Origin: Candidatus Poribacteria bacterium
GTDB lineage: Bacteria; Poribacteria; WGA-4E; WGA-3G
Direction of reading: 5' to 3'
NCBI GenBank assembly: GCA_963665235.2
Contig: CAXXLX010000002.1
Location: 480,001 to 544,000, forward strand
DNA length: 64,000 nt
The number at the start of each line of letters is the position of its first letter. Within the stretch, counting starts at the first letter, position 1. The notes beneath the pieces were generated by a model. The model had not been told where the DNA came from. It made no database searches and saw nothing but the letters and a program-made list of their open reading frames with translations. Made by a program: the position numbers and the translations under genes. Positions 51,954 to 60,961 of this stretch are shown here, piece by piece.

Positions 51954-52792
51954 TTATCGCTGAAACAGCTGCCAACTTCTGCCAGGGAGATCGGCGCGAA
52001 ATACCTCTACATTTCCACGATCTGCCATCGTAACATAGCAGGTGCATCCATCCGGGCCGCCGAAAGCGATGTTGGAACAGAGTTTACCTGTTAGCTCAAC
52101 CTCTAATAACACCTCCCCTTCGGGTGACAATTTCGCCACCGTGCCTTTGCCGTGCCGAGTGACATAAAGATTGCCTTCAATATCGCACCGCATTCCATCC
52201 ATATTGAAATCTGGAAACTGAATTAATAACCGCTTATTGCTGATGTTCCCTTCAGACGATAGGTCGTAAGCCCAGATGTTCCGTTGCGTCGATTCGTTGA
52301 CATACAGCACCTTTTCATCGGTGCTCACCTCAATACCGTTTGTAGTGCCCATATCTGCTTCCAAAAGGGTTACCTGTCCATCTGTCCCACTCGCCAGAGT
52401 TGTCCAGTTGATTCCCCCCAATTCGGGTCGCTGGCGTAGAGGATATCGTTCGCGCCAATAGCGAGGTCATTCGGTTGGTTCATCTTCGGTTCGTGTGCGT
52501 GTACACTAATCTCCCGCGTTTCCATATCCACCTTAAGTACATTGTGGTTCGTGTAGTCGGCGATGAACATAAAACCTTCGCTGTTGAAACGGATACCGTT
52601 GCCGATGCTTCCGGGCGGCAGTTCAATAAAAACGCTGGCAGTGCCGTTCGGTGTCACCTTACCGATGGTATGTTGTCGTTCGTAGTTGACTGCATAGAGG
52701 TTGCCATTCGCATCACAGGCGGGCCCCTCTATTCCGGAAGTAAACCCGTTGACAGGTGTAAATTCGGTGCTGACAAAAAGTTCTTCGTTCAT
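51954..52792 (-). pseudogene. SMP-30/gluconolactonase family protein, one frameshift near 52387
   Basis: EGP, PNDL, NGI, DGMRCD.EGNLYV; one extra G in GTGGGACAG restores QLWRVGTDGQV. Confidence 0.85.
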
Positions 52793-52973
52793 TTTTTTTT
52801 CTCCTCCTCGCTTTTTATTAAAGAATGTTGCAAACATATCAATATTTTACCACACAAACAGATAAAAATAAATAACCTTGTAAATTTGACGTAAGCGCAA
52901 AAATAGCATATAATTGGGATATAGCACGTTTCGGTTTTATGATACACCCCCTCAAACACACAAAGGAGTAAAT

Positions 52974-53759
52974 ATGTTAGGTGCGATTATAGGCGACATA
53001 GTTGGCTCCATCTACGAATTCGCCGCCCTTCCATTTAAGAGCAAGGAATTTGAATTTTTCAACTCACGCTGTTTTTTCACGGATGATTCGGTGTGTACTG
53101 CAGCAGTGGCGGATATTCTGTTGCAAGACCTCCCTCCAGCACAGACGATGCAGGCGTGGTGCCGCCGCCATCCGGGCAGAGGCTACGGCGGCTGGTTTAG
53201 ACAGTGGATTTATGTTAATGAACCTGAACCCTACGACAGCTACGGCAACGGTGCAGCGATGCGGGTTTCGCCTGCGGCGTTCCTATATCGTGATGACTTA
53301 GACGCAGCCCTCGCCGCTGCTGACAAGGTAACCGAAATCACCCATAATCATCCGGAAGGTATGAAAGGCGCGCGGGCAACAACACACGCCATCTACCTTG
53401 CGTTTCAAGGTGAAGATCCGGACACTATACGCCACATCATCTCTACCGAATACAACTATGACTTAACCAAAACAGTGGACGACATTCGACCCAATTACTC
53501 TTTTGACGTGACAAGCCAAGGCACAGTCCCGGAAGCAATAACGTGTGCGTTGGAATCGGTTAGTTATGAAGATGCTGTCCGTAATGCTATCTCTCTGGGG
53601 GGGGATGCTGACACCCTCGGTGCAATTGCGGGTCCCATTGCGGAGGCACTACACGGCATTCCCGATGCGTTCATAGAACAGGCAGAGACCCGTTATCTTG
53701 CCGATGCCCCAGACATTCTCGAGGTTATACAAAAAATGTATCAGGTGGGTAGCAATTAG
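52974..53759 (+). CDS. ADP-ribosylglycohydrolase family protein
   Basis: GAIIGDIVGS, FTDDS, GNGAAMRVSP, GGDADT. Confidence 0.93.
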   Translation: MLGAIIGDIVGSIYEFAALPFKSKEFEFFNSRCFFTDDSVCTAAVADILLQDLPPAQTMQAWCRRHPGRGYGGWFRQWIYVNEPEPYDSYGNGAAMRVSPAAFLYRDDLDAALAAADKVTEITHNHPEGMKGARATTHAIYLAFQGEDPDTIRHIISTEYNYDLTKTVDDIRPNYSFDVTSQGTVPEAITCALESVSYEDAVRNAISLGGDADTLGAIAGPIAEALHGIPDAFIEQAETRYLADAPDILEVIQKMYQVGSN

Positions 53760-53765
53760 TTTATT

Positions 53766-54842
53766 TTACTTGGAATCGGTATCCAATACTTGTAGGAATG
53801 CGTCAAAGCTGTGTATCTTCATAGCAGTGATTAGGAGTTGTGTCAGGCGTTCGGTATTGTGAATAGTTTCGAGTTGCTGCTTTGCGGTTTCGGTATCACT
53901 ATTAGGAAATCGTTCTGTGAGTATTGCTACGATATTCTTGATAGTGCCTTGTTCGATACCTTGTTCGATACCTTGTTCGATACCGCGTTCCATCAGGTTT
54001 TGTGCTATTGTTTGAGCCATAGGGTCTACCTCCAAGTTGTGTGTGTGCCTATCAACAAGTCCTATTAACTCTTCACGTTCCGCCGGTGAACGACGATGCA
54101 TGATAAGCGATAGAATATAGAAAATCGCTTCTCGTTTTTGGGCTTCCTGTCCCTCAGGAAGCTTGTCAGCGTGCTTTAGCATATCGACTAACGCACGACT
54201 TAGCTCTGCTGTGCTTGCGCGCTCTTTTTGCAGCACCGTAAGTAGCCAGCCTATCAGATGCTCTGTCTTCGTCAGAGTTTCCACCTCTGTCTCTTTGACA
54301 CTCAGAAACAGCGTCTCAAACTGTGGAATGAACCGTTCCAGCTCCTTCGGGAGATCCATGAGTGCTTGTAGTGTCAGCGGGACGGTCCATCGCCGGTCGC
54401 CTGTGTAAAAGACTATCGGCAGAATCGGTGACAAGCGACGTTCACTTTTGGGAACCTTGTCTGTCTTCCATCGTCTGATTTCTGCGTCCCATACTAACAT
54501 CATGTAGAGTAGAACGCGAAAGCCCATCGTCTCATCCACCGTAGATTGATGTTCAAGTAGAATATGGACTATCACATCATCTGCTTTATCCGCTGTTTCA
54601 AAAGGCACGCGATACAAAATGTCCGCTTCCCGTTCCCGTAAGTCTTCAGGAATAAAACTACTGCTAAGCGGCTCAAGCCGACTAAAATCCATAAATTTCG
54701 CAAGATCGCCGGCGATGATTTTTAACAAGCCCACTATGTTTTCCTTGTTTAGAAATAAGCGGCGGATACTCCTATCAGAAAAGTGTTCAATATGTTCATC
54801 TGGTAAATCGTGAGTGTTCGTCTCTTTCGTTTCCTCTGTCAT
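53766..54842 (-). CDS. Rpn-family (transposase_31, PD-(D/E)XK) nuclease
   Basis: READILY, LLEHQS, PIVFYTG, GIEQ x3 repeat. Confidence 0.9.
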   Translation of the reverse strand: MTEETKETNTHDLPDEHIEHFSDRSIRRLFLNKENIVGLLKIIAGDLAKFMDFSRLEPLSSSFIPEDLREREADILYRVPFETADKADDVIVHILLEHQSTVDETMGFRVLLYMMLVWDAEIRRWKTDKVPKSERRLSPILPIVFYTGDRRWTVPLTLQALMDLPKELERFIPQFETLFLSVKETEVETLTKTEHLIGWLLTVLQKERASTAELSRALVDMLKHADKLPEGQEAQKREAIFYILSLIMHRRSPAEREELIGLVDRHTHNLEVDPMAQTIAQNLMERGIEQGIEQGIEQGTIKNIVAILTERFPNSDTETAKQQLETIHNTERLTQLLITAMKIHSFDAFLQVLDTDSK

Positions 54843-55005
54843 TTTACACCTCAGTTCCTACCGCTAACAACATCATTCTTTAATACCCTCAATTGAAATT
54901 AAACAATATTGTCACGGTAAAATAGACACGTTAAGTATAACACTGTTTGACAAAACATAGCAAACTTTTTTTGTGTTGTCCAATTTGCACCTAAATGAAA
55001 TTGTT

Positions 55006-55034
55006 TTGACAAATTAAGCTGGGTATGTTATACT
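55006..55034 (+). promoter_or_regulatory. Sigma70-type promoter for the mrr pair
   Basis: TTGACA-17-TATACT with extended TG. Confidence 0.65.
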
Positions 55035-55069
55035 GCCAACATATTTCTAAATGTAAGAGAGATTTTTTT

Positions 55070-55921
55070 ATGGAAACTGTATGGAGAACGGCAATTCATC
55101 CAGAGACAAAGCTTGAATATAAGATTGAAATGCAAGCACTTAAGGAAATTAGACAAGCCATTCTTAAACTCGATTTTCCGCCTGCCGGAATGACGATTAA
55201 GAATGCGGTAGAGATATTGGCGGAAAATTTTGAACTGTCTGAAGAACAGAAGAACGCGGTTTACAAGTCTGGAACTAACATTTTTTACTCTATGGTCGCT
55301 CACACATTTGGGGTTCTTCTTAAGAAAGATAAGTTAAAACAGCCAAAAGGCAAAAAAACACCGTTTTTTCCTGCTGATGCACCTGTTGATGAACCTCCTG
55401 GATTTTTTCCGGGAGATACCCTAATCCCAGAATCTATTGAGGAATATTACCAAAAACTTAGAGCCAAATTGGCTAATGAACTTCTACAGCAGATTAAGGA
55501 GACCCAGGCCGCTTTTTTTGAAAAACTCGTTCTCGACCTGCTCGTAAAAACCGGATACGGTGGTTCGCGTGCAAATGCCGAAACGGTCGGACGAAGTGGC
55601 GATGCTGGAATTGACGGTATCATTTCTGGAGGCAGGCCATGGCTTGATACCATTTATGTTCAAGTCAAACGTTGGGAAAAAAATGTAAGCCGTCCTGAAA
55701 TTCAGAAGTTTGCCGGGGCATTGCAAGGTCAGAGTGCACAGAAGGGAATCTTCGTCACAACATCGAATTTTAGTAAGAACGCCAGAGAGTACGTGAAAAA
55801 AATCGATCAAAACGTCATATTAATTGATGGTGCGGAACTCGCGCAGCTAATGATTGACCACGGCTTTGGCGTTTACACTGCGAAAAACGAGGAAATCAAA
55901 TCTGAAATTATTGTAGCATGA
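55070..55921 (+). CDS. mrr: Mrr-family restriction endonuclease (divergent N-terminus)
   Basis: FFEKLVLDLL..GYG, GDAGIDG, YVQVKRW, GIFVTTS.F, LIDG. Confidence 0.88.
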   Translation: METVWRTAIHPETKLEYKIEMQALKEIRQAILKLDFPPAGMTIKNAVEILAENFELSEEQKNAVYKSGTNIFYSMVAHTFGVLLKKDKLKQPKGKKTPFFPADAPVDEPPGFFPGDTLIPESIEEYYQKLRAKLANELLQQIKETQAAFFEKLVLDLLVKTGYGGSRANAETVGRSGDAGIDGIISGGRPWLDTIYVQVKRWEKNVSRPEIQKFAGALQGQSAQKGIFVTTSNFSKNAREYVKKIDQNVILIDGAELAQLMIDHGFGVYTAKNEEIKSEIIVA

Positions 55922-55962
55922 AAAGCAGCAAAAGAAATTTTAATTGATATTCGGAGATAAAA

Positions 55963-56772
55963 ATGCCTATACCCACTACTGACGAAATGGTGCTACCCGT
56001 TCTTCAGCACATAGCTGATGGTCAAGAATACCGTCGCCTGAGTATTATAAAAATGCTTACCGAACATTTTTCGCTTACCGAGGATGAAAGGAGAAAACTA
56101 AGTAAAAGCGGAAAGATGGAACGGTCTTTGAGTCGTGAGGGACTCATAGAGCGAGCCAGAGAACGGCATTACCGAATAACAGCTCTCGGGCGTAATTTCT
56201 TAAGTCAAAGCCCGGAAGAAATTCCTGCGGAAGGTGGAGAAGGTGGCCAACGCCCTGAAAAATCCATTGACGAAAATTACCAGCAAATCAGAAAGGAATT
56301 AGCAGAGGACCTTTTAGAGAAGATTAAGGGTAACTCCCCTGATTTTTTCGAGAAATTGGTTGTTGACCTCCTCGTCAAGATGGGATATGGTGGCTCCCGA
56401 GAGGATGCTGGAAAGGCTGTAGGTGGCAGTGGTGATGGTGGGATTGACGGTATTATTAATGAAGATCGGCTTGGCCTTGATGTAGTTTATGTTCAGGCCA
56501 AACGGTGGGAAGGCAGTGTAAGTCGTCCCGAGATTCAGAGATTTGCGGGTGCCTTGCAAGGTCAACGTGCACGTAAAGGGGTCTTCATCACAACATCGAA
56601 TTTCACCAGAGATGCTGAAGAATATGTTGATACGATTGATTCTAAGATTGTTCTTATTGATGGAAAGCAACTGACAGAGTATATGATCGACCATGATATT
56701 GGTGTTTCCACGACAAAGACCTACGAAATCAAGCGCGTAGATTCCGATTACTTTGCTGAAGGTGCCGAATAG
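55963..56772 (+). CDS. mrr: Mrr-family restriction endonuclease
   Basis: MPIPT, GDGGIDG, EDRLGLD, YVQAKRW, KRVDSDYF. Confidence 0.93.
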   Translation: MPIPTTDEMVLPVLQHIADGQEYRRLSIIKMLTEHFSLTEDERRKLSKSGKMERSLSREGLIERARERHYRITALGRNFLSQSPEEIPAEGGEGGQRPEKSIDENYQQIRKELAEDLLEKIKGNSPDFFEKLVVDLLVKMGYGGSREDAGKAVGGSGDGGIDGIINEDRLGLDVVYVQAKRWEGSVSRPEIQRFAGALQGQRARKGVFITTSNFTRDAEEYVDTIDSKIVLIDGKQLTEYMIDHDIGVSTTKTYEIKRVDSDYFAEGAE

Positions 56773-56841
56773 GATAAAACGTCACAATGGACGGGTTGTG
56801 TGAACCGCAGAAATTTGAGATTCACACAATCAACCGTTGCA

Positions 56842-58023
56842 TCAAATAACTTCCATCCACACCCCCGGCACGAACCTCGGATATTTTCCCTCACTGAACG
56901 CGGGATAATAGACCTCCTCTCCTGGGAAATCGTGAACTGTTTCGCCACCATCGGGATTTGGAATGTGCACCCTACAAATATACTCACTTTCGCGGAAATG
57001 CTGCTGCGGTGTCGGGGCAGATTTTTCAACGCGATATTCCGATAGGGCTGCTTCATCCACTGAAACACCGAGACCCGGTGACGTTGGCACCTGAATTGTG
57101 CCATCCACCACATCGAGACGCGTTTCCAACAGATCCGATTCCCATAACTCATGGCAGGTAATTGCAGGCAACTCGGCTTGCGATAGCACTGCACCGAGAT
57201 GCACACAGTATGCGGTTGTAATGCCGGTACCGACCATCTGGAGCCAGAAGGGTTGGCCAAACGATGAACAGAGCGCGTTGGTTCGCCGCAGCGAGTTGAC
57301 ACCCCCGCCAACAACAAACCCACCACAACAACGTTCATGTAAACAGGATTCGTTGAAATGCTCCACAATACGTTTCTCTATAGCATCCTGCAACCGCTTC
57401 GCGCCTTCTGTATCTGTTCCGAGGTAGAACGGACTCTCGTAGATGGCCACATTCGGATGCTCGTCTAATTTCTGTAAAACGGGGATAGCGTCGTCTGCTG
57501 TTAGCAGGAAGCCGTTGAAGTCAATGTCGAGCCGATAGTCTGCTGGTACAGCGTCCCCGACCGCGTCAACCTGTGCGAAGATATCTCGCCAAGGCCGCGC
57601 CTTCAGTTTGGCGGAAGTATACCCCCGTTTAACGGATTCTTCTACCTCTGCCACCCAATCTTCAGGGGGCATGTCAATGTCCCACCATGAAATGGGGCAC
57701 CGTTCGCGAACCTTCGGGCCCATCAGGTCGGACGCAGGGACACCGACCGTTTTGCCAACGGCATCAAAAAGCGACATCTGGATACCGAACCCGACCCCAT
57801 CATCGTTCATACATGCGAACGGGTTTTGCCCAACGAGCCGTTCAATATTGCCTGATTCGTCATATAAATTTTCGCCATATCCTACAATTCCGTTGCTCAG
57901 TTCCACGCGGTAAACGTAGACTCGTTCGCCGTGCGTCGCTGCACGGTGCATGTGTCGACTGACGCGGTCACAATAAAACGGAACGTTCAACGGAATTACT
58001 TCGAGGTGTTTTATGCTAAGCAT
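56842..58023 (-). CDS. Mandelate racemase/muconate lactonizing enzyme family
   Basis: GYGE, LFDAVGK..GVP, KLK, D.N, ESP, VPTSPGLGV. Confidence 0.88.
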   Translation of the reverse strand: MLSIKHLEVIPLNVPFYCDRVSRHMHRAATHGERVYVYRVELSNGIVGYGENLYDESGNIERLVGQNPFACMNDDGVGFGIQMSLFDAVGKTVGVPASDLMGPKVRERCPISWWDIDMPPEDWVAEVEESVKRGYTSAKLKARPWRDIFAQVDAVGDAVPADYRLDIDFNGFLLTADDAIPVLQKLDEHPNVAIYESPFYLGTDTEGAKRLQDAIEKRIVEHFNESCLHERCCGGFVVGGGVNSLRRTNALCSSFGQPFWLQMVGTGITTAYCVHLGAVLSQAELPAITCHELWESDLLETRLDVVDGTIQVPTSPGLGVSVDEAALSEYRVEKSAPTPQQHFRESEYICRVHIPNPDGGETVHDFPGEEVYYPAFSEGKYPRFVPGVWMEVI

Positions 58024-58228
58024 GATGTCTCCTCCAATTCTCGGATTATCCTGAGCTGAATTGTAGCACATTCCACAAATTATAGGTTAAAAAATTCTGA
58101 CAATCTTTCCTCCTCTGATGAAATTTGACAATCAAATCGGTAGTTGGATACGTAGGGGTTGGGTTCCCCAACCCGCTTGGCTTTTGAGCTTTCCCAGCTC
58201 GGGCGTGGAAACCACGCCCCTACGATAC

Positions 58229-59031
58229 GGGTGTGTAAAATTTTTGTACTTAAACGTGAGTTTGAAAATAAATGTCCGTTTTCTCTATAAATATATCGTC
58301 CCTACGGGACTATGGGTTGTGGCAACATCTGCTTCTATAAATATATCGTCCCTACGGGACTAGGCGTATCGGGGCGACATGTTTAATGTGAACGCCAGAC
58401 AATCTAGCCCCATCGGGGCGGTATATTTATAGAAAACACAACAACACAACACAATCTAGCCCCATCGGGGCGGTATATTTATAGAAAACACAACACAATC
58501 TAGCCCCATCGGGGCGGTATATTTATAGAAGCACAAGGGCCAGACAATCTAGCCCCATCGGGGCGGTATATTTATAGAAAGACAATCTAGCCCCATCGGG
58601 GCAACACAACACAATCTAGCCCCATCGGGGCGGTATATTTATAGAAAACACAACAACACAACACAATCTAGCCCCATCGGGGCGGTATATTTATAGAAGC
58701 ACAAGGGCCAGACAATCAGCCCCAGGGCGGTATATTTATAGAAGCCAGACAATCTAGCCCCATCGGGGCGGTATATTTATAGAAAACACAACACAATCTA
58801 GCCCCATCGGGGCGGTATATTTATAGAAAACACAACACACTAGCTCATAATCACAAACCTTCTATTGTTACGCATCTTAAAATCCGATAAATCCTATTGA
58901 CTTTGCCTTCATTTGATAAATCCGCAATTCAGACAACACACGCGCGAAATCCATCCTTCCCCCCTTCCAATCTTCCAATCTTCCAATCTTCCATCCTTCC
59001 CTCTATCATAGTACAAAAACTTTACACACCC
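58229..59031. mobile_element. Family A element with 9-bp TSD
   Basis: GGGTGTGTAAAATTTTTGTACT / AGTACAAAAACTTTACACACCC; TSD CTACGATAC at 58220-58228 and 59032-59040. Confidence 0.88.
58399..58828 (+). repeat. Array of ten 36-bp hairpin repeats with short recurring linkers
   Basis: ACAATCTAGCCCCATCGGGGCGGTATATTTATAGAA; eight exact, one partial, one degenerate. Confidence 0.9.
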
Positions 59032-59205
59032 CTACGATACCCAACTTGAACTTCAAAATTCATTAGGAGCGAGCTGTGCTCGCGATATTTTTTTCAATCT
59101 TTCCTCCTCTGTAGGAGCGAGCTGGGCTCGCGATAATTTTTTTTGAAGAAAATTGGGACGGTTTGCAACTAACATGACGATGGCACGCTATTTAGCGAGC
59201 TGGGT

Positions 59206-59235
59206 TTGACACCTAAAGCGTTTTGGTGGTATAAT
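59206..59235 (+). promoter_or_regulatory. Sigma70-type promoter
   Basis: TTGACA-18-TATAAT with extended TG. Confidence 0.65.
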
Positions 59236-59266
59236 TCTGTCAAGACATCGCTAACTTAAGGAGAAT

Positions 59267-60133
59267 ATGGTGACACAAATTAAGCCTTTTACTGTTTCAA
59301 ACGAGCTGTTAGCTGAACCGGTTAAGCTGCAAGAACAGGCACAGCAGGACGGGTATCTCTACTTCCGCGGTTTGATTGATGCCGAATCAATTTACAACCT
59401 GCGTCAAGATTTCTTGGAGATTTGCCATCGACACGGTTGGGCTGAAGGCGGCGACACACTGATGGACGGCATCCGAATAGGCGGCCCCTTCATGGAAGGG
59501 GATGATGGATATTGGCCGGTGTTGGACGAATTCCAATGTTTGGAATCGTTTCACGCCTTTGCACATCACCCCGCAATTTTGGAGGTGTGTGACACGTTGT
59601 TCGGTGAAAAGACGTTGGTGCATCCCCGAAATATTGGCAGAATTATGTTCCCTGAAAACACGAAATACACAACACCCGCACATCAGGATTATATTCACAT
59701 TCGCGGGACGGAGGAGACCTATACAGGCTGGATTCCGCTCGGCGCATGTCCCGAACATTTGGGGGGATTGACAGTGTTGGCAGGCTCACATCGGTTTGGC
59801 ATATTTCCGGTGAAACCGGCACATGGTGCCGGCGGACTCGGTATCGACACCGCGCCTCTAGAGGCAGATGGACTTACATGGGTTGCAGGCGATTACGACA
59901 TAGGCGATGCTATCTTCTTTCATAGTCATACCGTTCACAAAGCACTGCCGAACCAGAGCCCCAATAGGATACGGCTTTCAGTAGACTATCGTTATCAGGG
60001 CTGCTCAAAACCGGTCACGCAAGGCTCGCTGTTACCGCATTTCAATCGGATGCCCTGGGATGAAATCTATAGCGGATGGAAATCCACAGAATATCAATAC
60101 TACTGGAACGCGTTTGACCTAAATCGGGTGTAA
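59267..60133 (+). CDS. PhyH family dioxygenase
   Basis: PAHQD, WIPLG, LAGSH, HKALPN, RLSVDYR. Confidence 0.92.
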   Translation: MVTQIKPFTVSNELLAEPVKLQEQAQQDGYLYFRGLIDAESIYNLRQDFLEICHRHGWAEGGDTLMDGIRIGGPFMEGDDGYWPVLDEFQCLESFHAFAHHPAILEVCDTLFGEKTLVHPRNIGRIMFPENTKYTTPAHQDYIHIRGTEETYTGWIPLGACPEHLGGLTVLAGSHRFGIFPVKPAHGAGGLGIDTAPLEADGLTWVAGDYDIGDAIFFHSHTVHKALPNQSPNRIRLSVDYRYQGCSKPVTQGSLLPHFNRMPWDEIYSGWKSTEYQYYWNAFDLNRV

Positions 60134-60140
60134 TTAATTG

Positions 60141-60959
60141 ATGAAAGTCGGATTGATATTTCTATTGTGTGGCACTATCGGTCTTACAACCGGCCTCATA
60201 TCGCAAACACACAACGCCACGAAGACCGAAACGGTGCACGCTACTATGGTCCTGATTCCGGCAGGTGAGTTTCAGATGGGAAGTGCTCGCGGAGAACGTG
60301 ATGAAAAACCTGTTCATACTGTCTATCTCGATGCGTTCTATATGGATATACATGAGGTAACCGTCGGTGAATACAAGCGGTTTATTCAAGCTACCAGCCA
60401 CCGGGCGTTACCCGCTTCAGTCGCTCGGTGTGCTCCGACCGACAAGCACCCCGTGGTCGGGGTGAGTTGGCACGATGCAATGGCGTACGCGCAGTGGGCA
60501 GGCAAACGGCTGCCAACGGAAGCGGAGTGGGAAAAAGCAGCACGCGGCGGCTTAAATGAACAGAAATATCCGTGGGGAAATGTCATCGATGCCAGTAAAG
60601 CAAACTACGACAAGAACACAAAATCCGGCACCCATGACGAGCATACAACACCTGTGGGCAAATATCCTGCGAACGGATACGGTTTGTACGACATGTCAGG
60701 GAACGTCGCGGAGTGGTGTCTTGATGCGTATCAGAAGAAGTTTTACGCCAATTCGCCGCGGCGTAATCCTGTGGCGGGGGCAGCACATATTCAGCAGGTC
60801 ATCGATAATTTCACAAATACTCAGGAACGGCGGGTCGTGCGCGGCGGGTCGTGGAGTTTCAACGCGAAAAGCGTCCGCGTCGCAAATCGCCTCGGCGAGA
60901 AGCCTTCGCTAGTGAGCAGTGATGTCGGTTTCCGCTGCGTCAAGGATATAGTGCCTTAG
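60141..60959 (+). CDS. Exported formylglycine-generating enzyme (FGE-sulfatase) domain protein
   Basis: FQMGS, RLPTEAEWEKAARGG, NGYGLYDMSGNV.EW, GFRC. Confidence 0.92.
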   Translation: MKVGLIFLLCGTIGLTTGLISQTHNATKTETVHATMVLIPAGEFQMGSARGERDEKPVHTVYLDAFYMDIHEVTVGEYKRFIQATSHRALPASVARCAPTDKHPVVGVSWHDAMAYAQWAGKRLPTEAEWEKAARGGLNEQKYPWGNVIDASKANYDKNTKSGTHDEHTTPVGKYPANGYGLYDMSGNVAEWCLDAYQKKFYANSPRRNPVAGAAHIQQVIDNFTNTQERRVVRGGSWSFNAKSVRVANRLGEKPSLVSSDVGFRCVKDIVP

Positions 60960-60961
60960 TC

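Larger units (their letters stand above)
58118..59063. mobile_element. Family F element inserted inside a REP GTAG, itself interrupted by a family A element
   Basis: Imperfect IRs ATGAAATTTGACAATCAAATCGG / CCAACTTGAACTTCAAAATTCAT (17/23); removal restores CTCTG|TAGGAGCGAGC. Confidence 0.7.

Noticed and set aside
52370-52421. Programmed frameshift in the SMP-30 gene
   Set aside because: No slippery heptamer or stimulator seen; a single missing G in a G run fits a sequencing error or recent mutation.
58399-58828. CRISPR array
   Set aside because: Linkers are only 2-16 nt, low-complexity and reused; no cas genes; the same unit is dispersed singly elsewhere.
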